This document shows, one piece after another, positions 1 to 10,004 of a stretch of 64,000 nucleotides of DNA. The translations under genes and the position numbers were made by a program. Below the pieces are notes generated by a model. It was not told the DNA's origin and did no database searches. It worked only from the letters and a program-made list of their open reading frames with translations. This DNA comes from an uncultured Candidatus Saccharibacteria bacterium (GTDB taxonomy: Bacteria > Patescibacteriota > Minisyncoccia > Phycocordibacterales > UBA918): positions 54,623-118,622 of the forward strand of contig CAZBMV010000001.1 of the NCBI GenBank assembly GCA_964493145.1. The letters run 5' to 3'. How positions within the stretch are numbered: position 1 is the stretch's first letter; each line of letters begins with the position of its first letter.

Positions 1-2567
1 GCGTACATGTAGAGATCAGAAATTTCTTTTCCTGAGGTGCCGCTGAAGAAAATGTTGAGCGACTGTGACTGGTCAATCCACTTTCCTCGTGTTGCGCCCG
101 CCTTCATAATCCAGCGCATGTCAATCTCAAACGTCTCCTTGTACTTCTGTTTGAGTTCAACGGGAACACTCGGGATGTCTCTCAGACTTCCATCGTTGTA
201 CTTGATTGCCGAGAGCATTTCAGTATTCCACAAGCCGATTTTTTTGAGATCTTCCACGAGGTACGGGTTCACGATAATGAAGTCTCCGGAAATATTTGAT
301 TTCACGTAGATGTTTTTGTAAATCGGCTCGTTCCCCGGAATGGAACCGGCAATGTTTGCAATGGTTGCCGTCGGCGCAATCGCCATGGTATTTGAATTTC
401 GCATACCGTACTGCTTCACCGCATCGCGTACAACACTCCAGTCAAGTCGCTCGGTGCGGTCAATGCCCGTGGGGATACCACGCTCCTCTTCCACGAGTGC
501 AATGGTATCCACAGGGAAGATTCCTCTGTCCCACTTTGAGCCTCTGAAGCTTTGGTACGCACCGCGTTCGCGTGCGAGATCGGTTGACGCGAGGATGGTG
601 TAGTACGCGATAATCTCCATTGAGGTATCAGAGAATTCTGCACACTCTTCCGACGCAAATGGAATATTGAGCATGTAGAGCGCATCTTGGAAACCCATAA
701 TACCTAAGCCCACGGGACGGTGCTTCATGTTTGAGTTCCGTGCCTCAACCGTTGGATAAAAGTTGAGATCAATGACGTTGTCAAGCATGCGCATCGCTGT
801 CGTTGTCGTCTCGCGAACCATTTCACGATCAAAGGACCCGTTCACGATATGCTTCGGATAGTTGATGGAGCCCAAGTTACATACGGCAGTTTCCTCCGCG
901 GAGGTGTTGAGCGTAATTTCCGTACAGAGGTTGGAGCTATGAATGACGCCAACGTGATCTTGCGGTGAACGAATGTTTGAAGGGTCTTTGAATGTAATCC
1001 ATGGGTGACCAGTTTCAAAGAGCATGGAGAGCATTTTTTTCCAAAGGTCGCGCGCTTTCATTCGCTTCCAAATTTTCATTTCCCCACGACGTGCCATTTC
1101 CTCATACTTCACGTACAGTTCCTCAAACTTCTTTCCGTACGTTTCGGTGAGGTCCACTGCCTCATCGGGTGAAAAGAGTGTCCACTCGGCGTCATCGCGC
1201 ACGCGCTTCATGAAGAGGTCGGAAACCCACGCCGCAGTGTTCATGTCGTGTGTACGACGTCGCTCATCTCCGGTGTTTTTGCGAAGTTCAAGAAAATCCT
1301 CAAAATCAACGTGCCAATTTTCCATGTACACGCACGATGCACCGCGGCGGCGACCAGAGCGGTTGATGGCGACCGTGACGTCGTTTGCAATCTTAAGAAA
1401 CGGAATGACCCCCTGTGAGGTGATGCCCGCCGCCTTGATTTCGGCACCCATACCGCGAAGTTTGCTCCACGCGGTTCCGATGCCGCCCGCCCACTTTGAG
1501 AGCATCGCGTTGTCGCCGTACACCTTGAAAATATGCTTTAGGTCGTCCTCAACAACATTGAGGTAACACGAGGAAAGTTGCGGGTGTGGTGTCCCGGCGT
1601 GGAAGAGTGTCGGTGTAGACGGGACGAAGCGCATGAGCGACATGATGTTGTAAAACTCAACCGCGCGCGTCTCTTTTTCCTGTTCATTGAGCGCGAGTCC
1701 CATGGCGATACGCATCCACATCATCTGTGGTGTCTCTATGAGTTTCCCCTCAACGCGAATGAAGTATCGGTCATTGAGTGTTTCAATGCCAATGTATTTA
1801 AAGAGGTCGTCGCGAGAGGGGTCAATGTGTTCGGCGAGTTTTTCAAGATTGAAGGAGAGCATCGTGGCGTCGTACTTCTTCGCCTCAACGCCTCGGCGCA
1901 TGTTACGGACAAACGCGTCTCGGTATACCTTTACCCGTTCCTCACGCGAAACCGAACTCAGGTTCCCCACCGCCTCATCGGCGATGCGTCGTGCGAGTTG
2001 GCGTGCGGCGACAACCGAGTACGCGGGGTCTTCCTCAATGCGTGAGCGCAACACGAGTGTCACGAGTTTGGATAGTTCTGCTGTCTTAATGCCGTCGTAC
2101 ACCTCTCGCTCCACCTGCGCGACGATGTCTTCGGTGCGGATTTCATTTTCATGCCCTGCGGTAAACTCAGAAAGGTACGCGCGCATTTTTTCGCGAGAGA
2201 ATTGTTCCTTGCTCCCGTCAGATCGTTCCACCGTGAGGCGCTGCTCTTCAATTTCTTTGACCACCTCCTGCTTTCGTTCTTCGCTCTGCTTGAAGCGATA
2301 CAAAATATACGCCTTCGCAACACCGAAGTACCCCTGCTCCATGAGCGCGTTCTCCACGAGGTCTTGCACCTGCTCGACGGTCGGACAATGTTCTTTCCCC
2401 TCGCAGAGAGTACCGAGGTTCGCTACAACCCGCTCAGTCATCTGTTCCAGTGTCACATCATCAACAGACACCTGTTCGGCGGCAAACGCCTTCTTCATGA
2501 CGATGACAATCTTCGTCGGATCAAAGGGGGCCGACATTCCGTTTCGTTTGATAATTGTGGTGATCAT
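1..2567 (-). CDS. nrdA: Class Ia ribonucleotide reductase alpha subunit with two N-terminal ATP-cone-like domains (3' end runs off the window)
   Basis: Manual translation from ATG 2567 (MITTIIKRNG..., ATP-cone start; second cone-like segment LTVERSDGSKEQF). Catalytic motifs HSSNLCTEI and ETAVCNLGS near 870-950. Confidence 0.93.
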   Translation of the reverse strand, partial: MITTIIKRNGMSAPFDPTKIVIVMKKAFAAEQVSVDDVTLEQMTERVVANLGTLCEGKEHCPTVEQVQDLVENALMEQGYFGVAKAYILYRFKQSEERKQEVVKEIEEQRLTVERSDGSKEQFSREKMRAYLSEFTAGHENEIRTEDIVAQVEREVYDGIKTAELSKLVTLVLRSRIEEDPAYSVVAARQLARRIADEAVGNLSSVSREERVKVYRDAFVRNMRRGVEAKKYDATMLSFNLEKLAEHIDPSRDDLFKYIGIETLNDRYFIRVEGKLIETPQMMWMRIAMGLALNEQEKETRAVEFYNIMSLMRFVPSTPTLFHAGTPHPQLSSCYLNVVEDDLKHIFKVYGDNAMLSKWAGGIGTAWSKLRGMGAEIKAAGITSQGVIPFLKIANDVTVAINRSGRRRGASCVYMENWHVDFEDFLELRKNTGDERRRTHDMNTAAWVSDLFMKRVRDDAEWTLFSPDEAVDLTETYGKKFEELYVKYEEMARRGEMKIWKRMKARDLWKKMLSMLFETGHPWITFKDPSNIRSPQDHVGVIHSSNLCTEITLNTSAEETAVCNLGSINYPKHIVNGSFDREMVRETTTTAMRMLDNVIDLNFYPTVEARNSNMKHRPVGLGIMGFQDALYMLNIPFASEECAEFSDTSMEIIAYYTILASTDLARERGAYQSFRGSKWDRGIFPVDTIALVEEERGIPTGIDRTERLDWSVVRDAVKQYGMRNSNTMAIAPTATIANIAGSIPGNEPIYKNIYVKSNISGDFIIVNPYLVEDLKKIGLWNTEMLSAIKYNDGSLRDIPSVPVELKQKYKETFEIDMRWIMKAGATRGKWIDQSQSLNIFFSGTSGKEISDLYMY

Positions 2568-2883
2568 AGCGCTGTATCGTTATGTATAAATAATCCGTTC
2601 GTACATTTTTTTGAGGGCTCTTAAGCACGCCACCTGTCTTGTGGTTTCTGAAATTTCTAATGTGCCCTTTCCGACACACGAAGAGCAAAGGCGTGTGTTA
2701 TACGCATAATAGCATGTCGTGCAAAACTCAAAATTTCGCCTATTCTATGAGACGAGCCGATGCTCTTAAGCAAAATATGGGTTTTTGTGACAGGGTGTAC
2801 AAAACCCACACAAAAGGTGCTGTGGATAGCAATATTTATCTTCGTGGGGCAAGACTTGAAACAGGATTTTTATTGTTTCCGAA

Positions 2884-2922
2884 TGAACAAAACCCCGTGC
2901 CGAAGGCGCGGGGTTTTGTTCA
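2884..2922. terminator. Intrinsic terminator hairpin downstream of mscL
   Basis: AACAAAACCCCGTGC-CGAAG-GCGCGGGGTTTTGTT inverted repeat with A/T tails. Confidence 0.7.
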
Positions 2923-2929
2923 TCAGCCA

Positions 2930-3298
2930 CTATTTTTTGAGACTGTCTCTGATTTCCCTAAGGAGGAGAATTTCTTCGCTTGGCGAAGGTGCTTCTTGCT
3001 TCTGCGACTTTTGGAAACGATTGAGTGCACGCAGTGTGAGGAAGATAACGAAAGCAATGATGGTGAAATCAATCACCGCCTGAATGAATTTTCCGTACTG
3101 AAGTGATATCGTGCCAACCGATACGGAGAGGCTAGTAAAATCAAGACCACCGAGAAAGATGCCGATGATGGGCATGAACATCGTATCAACGAGCGATGAG
3201 ACGATTTTGCCGAATGCGGTACCGATAATGACCGCAACCGCAAGATCAACAACGTTGCCCCGAATCGCGAACGCTTTAAATTCTTCTAGTATTTTCAT
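2930..3298 (-). CDS. mscL: Large-conductance mechanosensitive channel
   Basis: EFKAFAIRGNVVDLAVAVIIGTAFGKIVSSLV and C-terminal LLREIRDSL. Confidence 0.97.
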   Translation of the reverse strand: MKILEEFKAFAIRGNVVDLAVAVIIGTAFGKIVSSLVDTMFMPIIGIFLGGLDFTSLSVSVGTISLQYGKFIQAVIDFTIIAFVIFLTLRALNRFQKSQKQEAPSPSEEILLLREIRDSLKK

Positions 3299-3324
3299 AC
3301 ATAACAGTATACACTTTTCTAAAT

Positions 3325-4107
3325 ATGCTCACATACATTTTCATAGCAACACTCAGCATTGCACTACTTTCCCTCGTTGGAAGTTTTTTCTTTAACACAA
3401 AAGACACCGCAAACAAAACGCACACCTTCGTCCTCCCCGTTGCGGTCGGCGTCTTTCTCGGTGTCGTTTTTTTTGAACTTCTCCCAGAGACGTACGAAGC
3501 TTCTCACGTGTGGGGCCCTGTTGCCATTGCGTGCGGCTTTTTCGGATTTTACATACTCTCGCACATGCTCCACACATTCCATCACCACCATGCACATGAT
3601 GAAGACTCGTGCGTGGGAACCGGTGGCAAGATGCTTCTCATTGGTGATGCAATCCACAACGTGGCCGACGGCGTCGTCATCGCATCTGCATTCATGGTAA
3701 ATCCACTTGCGGGTGTTGTGACAACGGTGGGCATAGCACTCCATGAAATTCCTCAAGAAATTGCAGAGTTTGGCGTGCTCCTCCGTTCGGGATACTCACG
3801 CCAGAAAGCGCGTGTGCTCAATTTCATATCGGCGACAAGCGTTTTTGTCGGTGCGCTTTTCACCTATTTTTTTGCACAAACCACTGAGGGATACGTCTTC
3901 GTCCTCACCGGTATAGCAGCCGGTAACCTTCTTTATATTGCATCCGCTGATCTCATTCCCGAACTTCGCGAATCACACAAAGAGCACTTCGCCGCGACAC
4001 TCGTTGCAACGCTCGCGGGATTCGTACTCATCGGCGGACTTATTTCATACACACACGAGAACTTGCCTGAATACGGTAATTCTTCGGAAGAATTCCACGA
4101 TTTATAG
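3325..4107 (+). CDS. ZIP family metal transporter
   Basis: Multi-TM protein with His-rich loop, HNVADG and HEIPQE motifs. Confidence 0.92.
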   Translation: MLTYIFIATLSIALLSLVGSFFFNTKDTANKTHTFVLPVAVGVFLGVVFFELLPETYEASHVWGPVAIACGFFGFYILSHMLHTFHHHHAHDEDSCVGTGGKMLLIGDAIHNVADGVVIASAFMVNPLAGVVTTVGIALHEIPQEIAEFGVLLRSGYSRQKARVLNFISATSVFVGALFTYFFAQTTEGYVFVLTGIAAGNLLYIASADLIPELRESHKEHFAATLVATLAGFVLIGGLISYTHENLPEYGNSSEEFHDL

Positions 4108-4391
4108 ACCCCAAAGAAGACGGGCGATATAGTACCCAAATCCCGCACCTATCACAAAAATGAGAATGGCAGTGCCAATGATATCTGTTGAACTCATTCC
4201 TCCATTATACGTGAATGTATATTTCTGTCTCATTTGTTGACTTTAAAACGGGGTCATAGTATACATATGCCTTTCCATCGTACGAATTTCAGTGAAACAA
4301 CACAGGCAGTGTGCTCGGAACGAACGTTTTTGTCACACTGCCTGTGTGGTTTTGCAGGCATCTGTTCAAACAACAACCTGAGGTACGTTAG

Positions 4392-4544
4392 ATGGAAAAT
4401 ACACAAGAAATAGACCTGAACAAAACCCAAGAACAAGGAGGCCTTGGGAATGGCAACGAGGGGAATCCACAGCACATCTCGCATCACCACGAGTTCGGAA
4501 AAATGCTCGCGGTAACGAGAATGTACTGGGGCATCGTAGAGTAG
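4392..4544 (+). CDS. Putative small protein (50 aa)
   Basis: GAGGT SD-like site before ATG; MENTQEIDLNKTQEQGG...YWGIVE*; followed by terminator-like hairpin at 4563-4592. Confidence 0.35.
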   Translation: MENTQEIDLNKTQEQGGLGNGNEGNPQHISHHHEFGKMLAVTRMYWGIVE

Positions 4545-4595
4545 CCACATCAGGTCAACAGTCAAAGCCGGAGCATTCGCTCCGGCTTTTTTATT

Positions 4596-4613
4596 TGGGC
4601 GGCTACCGGGAAT
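4596..4613 (-). repeat. 18-bp direct repeat of tRNA-His 3' end (att-like)
   Basis: TGGGCGGCTACCGGGAAT identical to 7335-7352. Confidence 0.85.
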
Positions 4614-4888
4614 ATCGGTCATTACATGACCAGTATCCGTTCAGGATATTTTTGTTCGTCTGACGACTCCAAAACTATCTCTGAACAGCTTCGATTCGCG
4701 TTACGGCTTTTCTGTTTCGTTGTCACCTCACAGAAAACCCTACGCCCGGTAGCCGCCCAGAATATAAAAAACTCCCGAAGGAGTTTTTTATATTCTGGGC
4801 GACGTCGTAGAGGACGTTAGAACTGTGTTTGAGAGGTTGGGGGATGCGAGTATTTATATTCCGACGTTCTTCTCCACCCCTGAGTGCA

Positions 4889-5503
4889 CTATTTCTTGAG
4901 TAGATACTTGAGCCAGACCGTTTTCTTTCCTGGGTTGGTCCAAGCATCTTGTTTGATGACTTTCAAATTATATTGCTGAAAAATTTCTTGCAACTTTTCT
5001 GGTTGCCAGTATGAGAAGAACCTCTGATACTCATACCCGTAATCATTTTCCACAACTACTTTTTCGTCGTCACCCTCTTTAAGAGCAATGTGGAGTATCC
5101 CGCTTGGTTTGAGTATGCGACAAATTTCACCAAAAACAAAATTGATTTTTTCTTTTGGAATATGGAGTAGCGACGCTTTTGCAAACACTCCATCAAAATA
5201 CTCGTCGGCATAAGGCAAGACGGAAAGCATATCTCCTTGCAGAAAAGTTGCTGATGGTAATTTCTCACGAGCAATCTTTAAGAGGCCTTCTGATAAATCA
5301 AACCCCTGTACATCAAAACCTCGGAGCGTGAGTTTCTTTGTTTCAACGCCAGGACCGCAACCTAAATCTAAAACTTTTGCATTTTGGAAAAGTGCTTCAC
5401 TAAAAAAGTCCACGAAGTCATTGTCCCAGCTATCGTTCTCGTGGTCCTTTGAGTAATCGCTGGCAATTTTGTTATATGTATCTGCAAGTATGTTCGTTTC
5501 CAT
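4889..5503 (-). CDS. Class I SAM-dependent methyltransferase
   Basis: VLDLGCGPG motif I, FDLSEGLL, FDGVFAKASLLH. Confidence 0.9.
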   Translation of the reverse strand: METNILADTYNKIASDYSKDHENDSWDNDFVDFFSEALFQNAKVLDLGCGPGVETKKLTLRGFDVQGFDLSEGLLKIAREKLPSATFLQGDMLSVLPYADEYFDGVFAKASLLHIPKEKINFVFGEICRILKPSGILHIALKEGDDEKVVVENDYGYEYQRFFSYWQPEKLQEIFQQYNLKVIKQDAWTNPGKKTVWLKYLLKK

Positions 5504-5540
5504 TCAAAAAGTATATCAAATTACCCCACACTCTGGTTCA

Positions 5541-6068
5541 CTACACATTAACCTCAATAATCCCTCCATCACCAATTTTGTCAGGAATACTTTTTCCTAA
5601 ATGTGCGAGTATCTGTTTAATTGGTCCACCGTGAGATACGACCGCTATCGTGTTGTATTCCTTCTGTGTTATTTTTCCAAACGTATCTAAAACTCTGTTT
5701 CTAAAATCAGCAAAACTTTCCCCTTCAGGGTCAGTATTCAAAGGGTCCTTGTGTGCCTCAACCACTTCAGGATATTTCTCCAAAGCTTCTGCCTTCGTAA
5801 GACCAGAGAGTACTCCGTAACTCCTTTCTTCAAGTCCATTCACAATCTCAACAGGACACTCTATTTTTGAGCTTATGATTTCGGCACTTTCCCTCGCTCT
5901 AATTAAAGGGCTGACGAAAATAATTTCAATGCCTTTGCCAACTAAATTATCAGCCGTTACGGTGAGCTGTTCCTTTCCCAAGTCAGTAAGGTTGTCATCG
6001 TAGCTCCCGCCGTATCTGTCTTCCACATCACCCGTCGTCTCCCCGTGCCTTACCAAAAATATTTTCAT
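5541..6068 (-). CDS. Histidine phosphatase family protein
   Basis: LVRHGET, SPLIRARESA and VVSHGGPI motifs. Confidence 0.92.
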   Translation of the reverse strand: MKIFLVRHGETTGDVEDRYGGSYDDNLTDLGKEQLTVTADNLVGKGIEIIFVSPLIRARESAEIISSKIECPVEIVNGLEERSYGVLSGLTKAEALEKYPEVVEAHKDPLNTDPEGESFADFRNRVLDTFGKITQKEYNTIAVVSHGGPIKQILAHLGKSIPDKIGDGGIIEVNV

Positions 6069-6083
6069 ACTTACCTTAACTAT

Positions 6084-6956
6084 TTATTTAATCCAAGAAG
6101 CTAACGCGTCTGCCAAATTTTGCTCAAAACCGTTATACCCGTGGTCAGCATCACCGAGAATATTCGTCTCAACCTTGGGTGAGTTGAGTAAAGCCCCCTT
6201 TATCCTATTCATTGTCTCCTCAATTGAAACTACGAGGGCATCATCTTTCCTTCCCATAATTGCATATGTTGGAATGGTTATCTTTGCGAGGAGTGGGAGT
6301 GTATCACTGGGGTTATGAAAGTTGAATATTGCGACAGGCGAATGTTCTCCGCCAAGACTAATGTACGACTTCGCCGAAAGCGGACTTTCATCCCATAATG
6401 CAGGGTTCGGCAGAAGTTCATCGCCCCTCCCTTCGGCAACCATTTGTTGTGCGGTGTTCATATCTACCTCATAATTTTTATCCAACTTTATGAGACCGAC
6501 CATATCGGAGGGTGAAAGGAAAATGACCGAGGAAAGTCTTTCGTCATTTGCCTCTGCGGAATAATATGCAACCTTCGGAGCACCGAGACTGTGTCCCGAG
6601 AGATGAATGTTTGAGAAACCTCTTGACGAGACAAAATCAATCGCTGTTCGTATATCAATCAGACTGTCTTCAAATTTCTCATATGCGTTTCCAATTCTCA
6701 CAATCGTCCGCTTTCCGTCCATAATTTTCGTTAGGTCCTTCATCAGTTCGCAACCACGATTATTGAAAGCGAGGAATGCAATATTATTGCTTGTTAGAGT
6801 TTCGGCAATAGCATCTAGGAATTTGTTTTCATAAAAATTACCCGCCATTCCGTGAACGTGCACAAGGATTTTGCCAGTTGTCTGCTCTGGTTCATACAAA
6901 AGACCAACTAGCTCTAGACCGTCTTGTGTGACCATCCTATGGAATGATGTTTTCAT
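6084..6956 (-). CDS. Alpha/beta hydrolase
   Basis: HVHGMAGNFY, nucleophile elbow GHSLG, C-terminal DADH; start placed at MKTSFH. Confidence 0.85.
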   Translation of the reverse strand: MKTSFHRMVTQDGLELVGLLYEPEQTTGKILVHVHGMAGNFYENKFLDAIAETLTSNNIAFLAFNNRGCELMKDLTKIMDGKRTIVRIGNAYEKFEDSLIDIRTAIDFVSSRGFSNIHLSGHSLGAPKVAYYSAEANDERLSSVIFLSPSDMVGLIKLDKNYEVDMNTAQQMVAEGRGDELLPNPALWDESPLSAKSYISLGGEHSPVAIFNFHNPSDTLPLLAKITIPTYAIMGRKDDALVVSIEETMNRIKGALLNSPKVETNILGDADHGYNGFEQNLADALASWIK

Positions 6957-7334
6957 AATGGTGATAGAAGTATACCAAAAATTAATTCTCACTAGGGTAT
7001 CGTTTGGCTAGAACCAAAATGTCCCCTGTTTAGGGGATATTTTGGTTCTTTTTTTCTTTAGGGCGGCTACCGGGTGAGAAAGTGCGGGGCACTTTTGCAA
7101 GAGGTTGTCGACAGTTTGAGGACACGAGAACTGTCATACAACCTGAACAGTTCCTGTAAGGAATCGGCGTCCAACTCTAGTTCACTACGTTCACAAGAGT
7201 TACCTGCCCGCGGTTCGCTGGTTCGTCGCATTATGAGAGCGACTTACATCGCGAACCGTTCGATTCCGGACGCGAGCTCCGCTCGCTTAGCCGCCCAGAC
7301 ATGTGAAAAGCCCCTTACGGGGCCTTCACATGTC

Positions 7335-7408
7335 TGGGCGGCTACCGGGAATCGAACCCGAGACACAAGTGCCACAAACTTGAGTTTTACCACTAAACTA
7401 TAGCCGCC
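7335..7408 (-). tRNA. tRNA-His(GTG), G-1 and CCA encoded
   Basis: Cloverleaf GGCGGCTA...TAGCCGCCCA; anticodon arm CAAGT-TTGTGGC-ACTTG; GGTTCGATT T-arm. Confidence 0.95.
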
Positions 7409-7437
7409 ATGTGCGCATAGTTATAGCGGTTTTCTTG

Positions 7438-7881
7438 TCACTTGTCGAGGTGTTCCCCTTTCAAAAAGCGCGTGCTGTCTTGAAAGACACTCCCCTCCTT
7501 GAACTCGTTGTGAAATTCGGATGGCAGAAGCTGAATGTCGTCGTCCGGTAAAATCCATCGCACTTCGTCTATTTCGTGCGCGTGAGTCTTCTCTCTTTCA
7601 TCGTGCGTAAGGTAATCAGCACCGTTTGCAATCTCAAAGAAAAATTCAACTGACTGTACTCCGCCGGTATTTACAAATGTGTACACGTATAAGAGTCTGC
7701 CTACCACCGGTTTCACGCCAAGCTCTTCTACGAGTTCCCGTTCTATACACTCTTTCGGATTTTCTCCAACATCAAGATGTCCCCCCGGAAGTGCGTAAAA
7801 ATCTCGCTCCGGGTGATGGACGGCGAGAAGTTTCCCATCGTGAATGATAACCGCGCGACTGCGGACGGTGTGTGTATGCAT
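7438..7881 (-). CDS. NUDIX hydrolase
   Basis: Nudix box LPGGHLDVGENPKECIERELVEELG. The reading frame is also open upstream to an ATG at 8247. Confidence 0.88.
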   Translation of the reverse strand: MHTHTVRSRAVIIHDGKLLAVHHPERDFYALPGGHLDVGENPKECIERELVEELGVKPVVGRLLYVYTFVNTGGVQSVEFFFEIANGADYLTHDEREKTHAHEIDEVRWILPDDDIQLLPSEFHNEFKEGSVFQDSTRFLKGEHLDK

Positions 7882-8330
7882 GGACGTAAGTATACAAGAA
7901 AAACGAGTGCGGGAGCACTCGTTTGATGGACATTCGTTTGGTGACTTTGGTGGAAGATCATTGAGTAAGCTTAAAACCATTGCGCGTTTTTCGGCAAAAT
8001 CAAAATGTGGGTGTGTTTGACTGCACCAATCAATCGCTCGCACCCATGCGCACACGAGGCGCCTCCCTTCCAGGGAGAGCCCTATGTACACTCCGGGGTT
8101 CCGGTAAAACCACTCAATGAAACAGGCCGATGCGTTGCACTCAGCCCGTATTGCCGCGAGTGCATTGTATGCTCTGCAAACGTTACGAAATTCAAACGCC
8201 AAGTACACCGTAATAACGGTAAAGCACACGACTACTCCCTGTATCATGTGAACCTCCCGAGAGAACGAATACTTCATATACTGTACACAATAAAAGAGAA
8301 ACATGGAACAATCTTCCCAAATCCTCTGCC

Positions 8331-8369
8331 CATACAAAAAGACCGGCAGAAAGCCGGTCTTTTTGTATG
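8331..8369. terminator. Terminator hairpin after tRNA-Leu
   Basis: CATACAAAAAGACCGGC-AGAAA-GCCGGTCTTTTTGTATG. Confidence 0.7.
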
Positions 8370-8454
8370 GTGCTCAGGAGAGGATTTGAACCTCCATGCC
8401 CGTGAAGGCGCTACCACCTCAAGGTAGTGCGTCTACCAATTTCGCCACCTGAGC
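8368..8454 (-). tRNA. tRNA-Leu(GAG)
   Basis: GCTCAGG acceptor, anticodon arm CTACC-TTGAGGT-GGTAG, long variable arm, CCA. Confidence 0.95.
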
Positions 8455-8507
8455 ATCTTTCAGGAAAAATCCTGAGAACGCAGTATAACTAATATTATCT
8501 TTATTTT

Positions 8508-8549
8508 CAACAAAAACCGCGCGGCCTTTGGCCGCGCGGTTTTTGTTGG
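8508..8549. terminator. Terminator hairpin after rplS
   Basis: CAACAAAAACCGCGCGGCC-TTT-GGCCGCGCGGTTTTTGTTG. Confidence 0.75.
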
Positions 8550-8555
8550 TACGTA

Positions 8556-9179
8556 TTATTTCGCTTCTTCTGTCGTTGCTTCAGTTGCCGGCTCTGTCGC
8601 TTCGGTAACTGGTGTTTCCGGCTCAACTTCTGTTGCGGTGTTTGTCTCTTCTGATGCTTTCGCTTCTTCCGCTACCTTTGCTGCGGCTTCTGCCTCTGCT
8701 TTTACCTTTGCTTCTTCAGCGAGTCGCGCCTCCTCCGCTGCCTTTGCGGCCGCTTCTTCTGCGGCGATACGTTCCCGCTCCGCCTTCATTTCAATTTCTG
8801 ATTCGGAAGAAAGACTCATGAGGCGCATACGACGCATCTGTCGCTTGATTTCACGAGCAACCTTCTCGCGGATGTAGTAGAGTTTCGCGCGTCGGACGGT
8901 GCTTCGTCTCACAATCTCAATCTTATCAATGAGCGGTGAATGGAGTGGGAAAATCTTTTCAACCCCGATGCCGTCCACAACCTTTCGTACCGTAAACGTG
9001 GCACCTGCCTCGCCACCATGCTTGCGCGCGAGCACAATTCCCTCAAACACCTGAATGCGTGTTTTGCCCTTATCCTCAATCTTCTGGTGCACGCGAACGG
9101 TGTCCCCCGCCTTGATGCCGAGATTCTTTCGGTCTTCCATGTTGACGGAAGAAATGGTGATTCCTGCTACGGTATTCAT
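8556..9179 (-). CDS. rplS: 50S ribosomal protein L19 with long Ala/Glu-rich C-terminal extension
   Basis: [10 protein letters not shown]...RIQVFEGIV...FTVRK...GVEKIFP...[10 protein letters not shown]. Confidence 0.96.
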   Translation of the reverse strand: MNTVAGITISSVNMEDRKNLGIKAGDTVRVHQKIEDKGKTRIQVFEGIVLARKHGGEAGATFTVRKVVDGIGVEKIFPLHSPLIDKIEIVRRSTVRRAKLYYIREKVAREIKRQMRRMRLMSLSSESEIEMKAERERIAAEEAAAKAAEEARLAEEAKVKAEAEAAAKVAEEAKASEETNTATEVEPETPVTEATEPATEATTEEAK

Positions 9180-9242
9180 GATACGAATGACTAACTGCAA
9201 TTACTGCCTAAAATATAAACGTGCTGTACTCTAACACATGAA

Positions 9243-10004
9243 TCATTGCGTCGCAATAGACGCGAGCGCGCGCGAGAAATCGGGCGGAAGTTCGGCAACG
9301 TACGTTCTTTCTTCCCCTCTGGGGAGCACAAGTGTGAGGCTGTACGCGTGGAGAGCGAGTCGTGAAAAGCCGAGGTTGTCGTTTTGTTCGGTCTCCTTCG
9401 GTGCGTAGAGTGTGTCTCCCACAATCGGCTTTCCTATTGAGCGGAGGTGGACGCGAATCTGGTGCGTACGTCCCGTTTTCGGGAGGACTCGTACGTACGC
9501 ATGTGTGCTTGATTGCCCTAAAAGTTCCCAGTTCGTTGTTGCACTGCGGAGCATCCCACGCGCACCTCGTTCTGCAGAACGCAAGCGAAAATCTCGCGGA
9601 CTCCTCCCGATGGGGCGTTTGATTGTTCCCCATTTTTCTTTCAGTGTTCCGTAGATGAACGCGCGGTACTCCTTCCGAACGAGACGCTCGTGAAACTGCT
9701 CTTTGAGGTGTGTGAATCCACTCGGTGTTTTTGCGAGGATGAGCACTCCGGACGTTTCTCTATCAAGGCGGTGAACGACCCCCGAGCGTTCAAGGGGGGT
9801 CCCATCTTGAGCCAGCCCCGGTTCACCGACCCCACGCGCCGTAGGCGCGTGGGCAAGAAACCAATCAACGACCGTCGGCTCGGTACTTCGGCCATCACCA
9901 TGCACCATAATTCCCGACGGTTTATCAATGACGAGAACGTCCTCATCCTCGTAGAGAATCGTAATGTCACCGACCTTTTCTTCGCTCGCGTGTTGCATAT
10001 TCAT
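9243..10004 (-). CDS. RluA family pseudouridine synthase
   Basis: IDKPSG, HRLDRETSG and GRTHQIRVH motifs; start codon uncertain. Confidence 0.93.
   Translation of the reverse strand: MNMQHASEEKVGDITILYEDEDVLVIDKPSGIMVHGDGRSTEPTVVDWFLAHAPTARGVGEPGLAQDGTPLERSGVVHRLDRETSGVLILAKTPSGFTHLKEQFHERLVRKEYRAFIYGTLKEKWGTIKRPIGRSPRDFRLRSAERGARGMLRSATTNWELLGQSSTHAYVRVLPKTGRTHQIRVHLRSIGKPIVGDTLYAPKETEQNDNLGFSRLALHAYSLTLVLPRGEERTYVAELPPDFSRALASIATQ

Noticed and set aside
2790-2850. NrdR boxes upstream of nrdA
   Set aside because: Only weak, gapped similarity to the 16-bp consensus and no clear tandem pair.
4617-4694. Hammerhead or HDV-like (theta) ribozyme identity for the TGTAA element
   Set aside because: No CUGANGA/GAAA core, and I could not build the HDV nested double pseudoknot by eye; a covariance-model search is needed.
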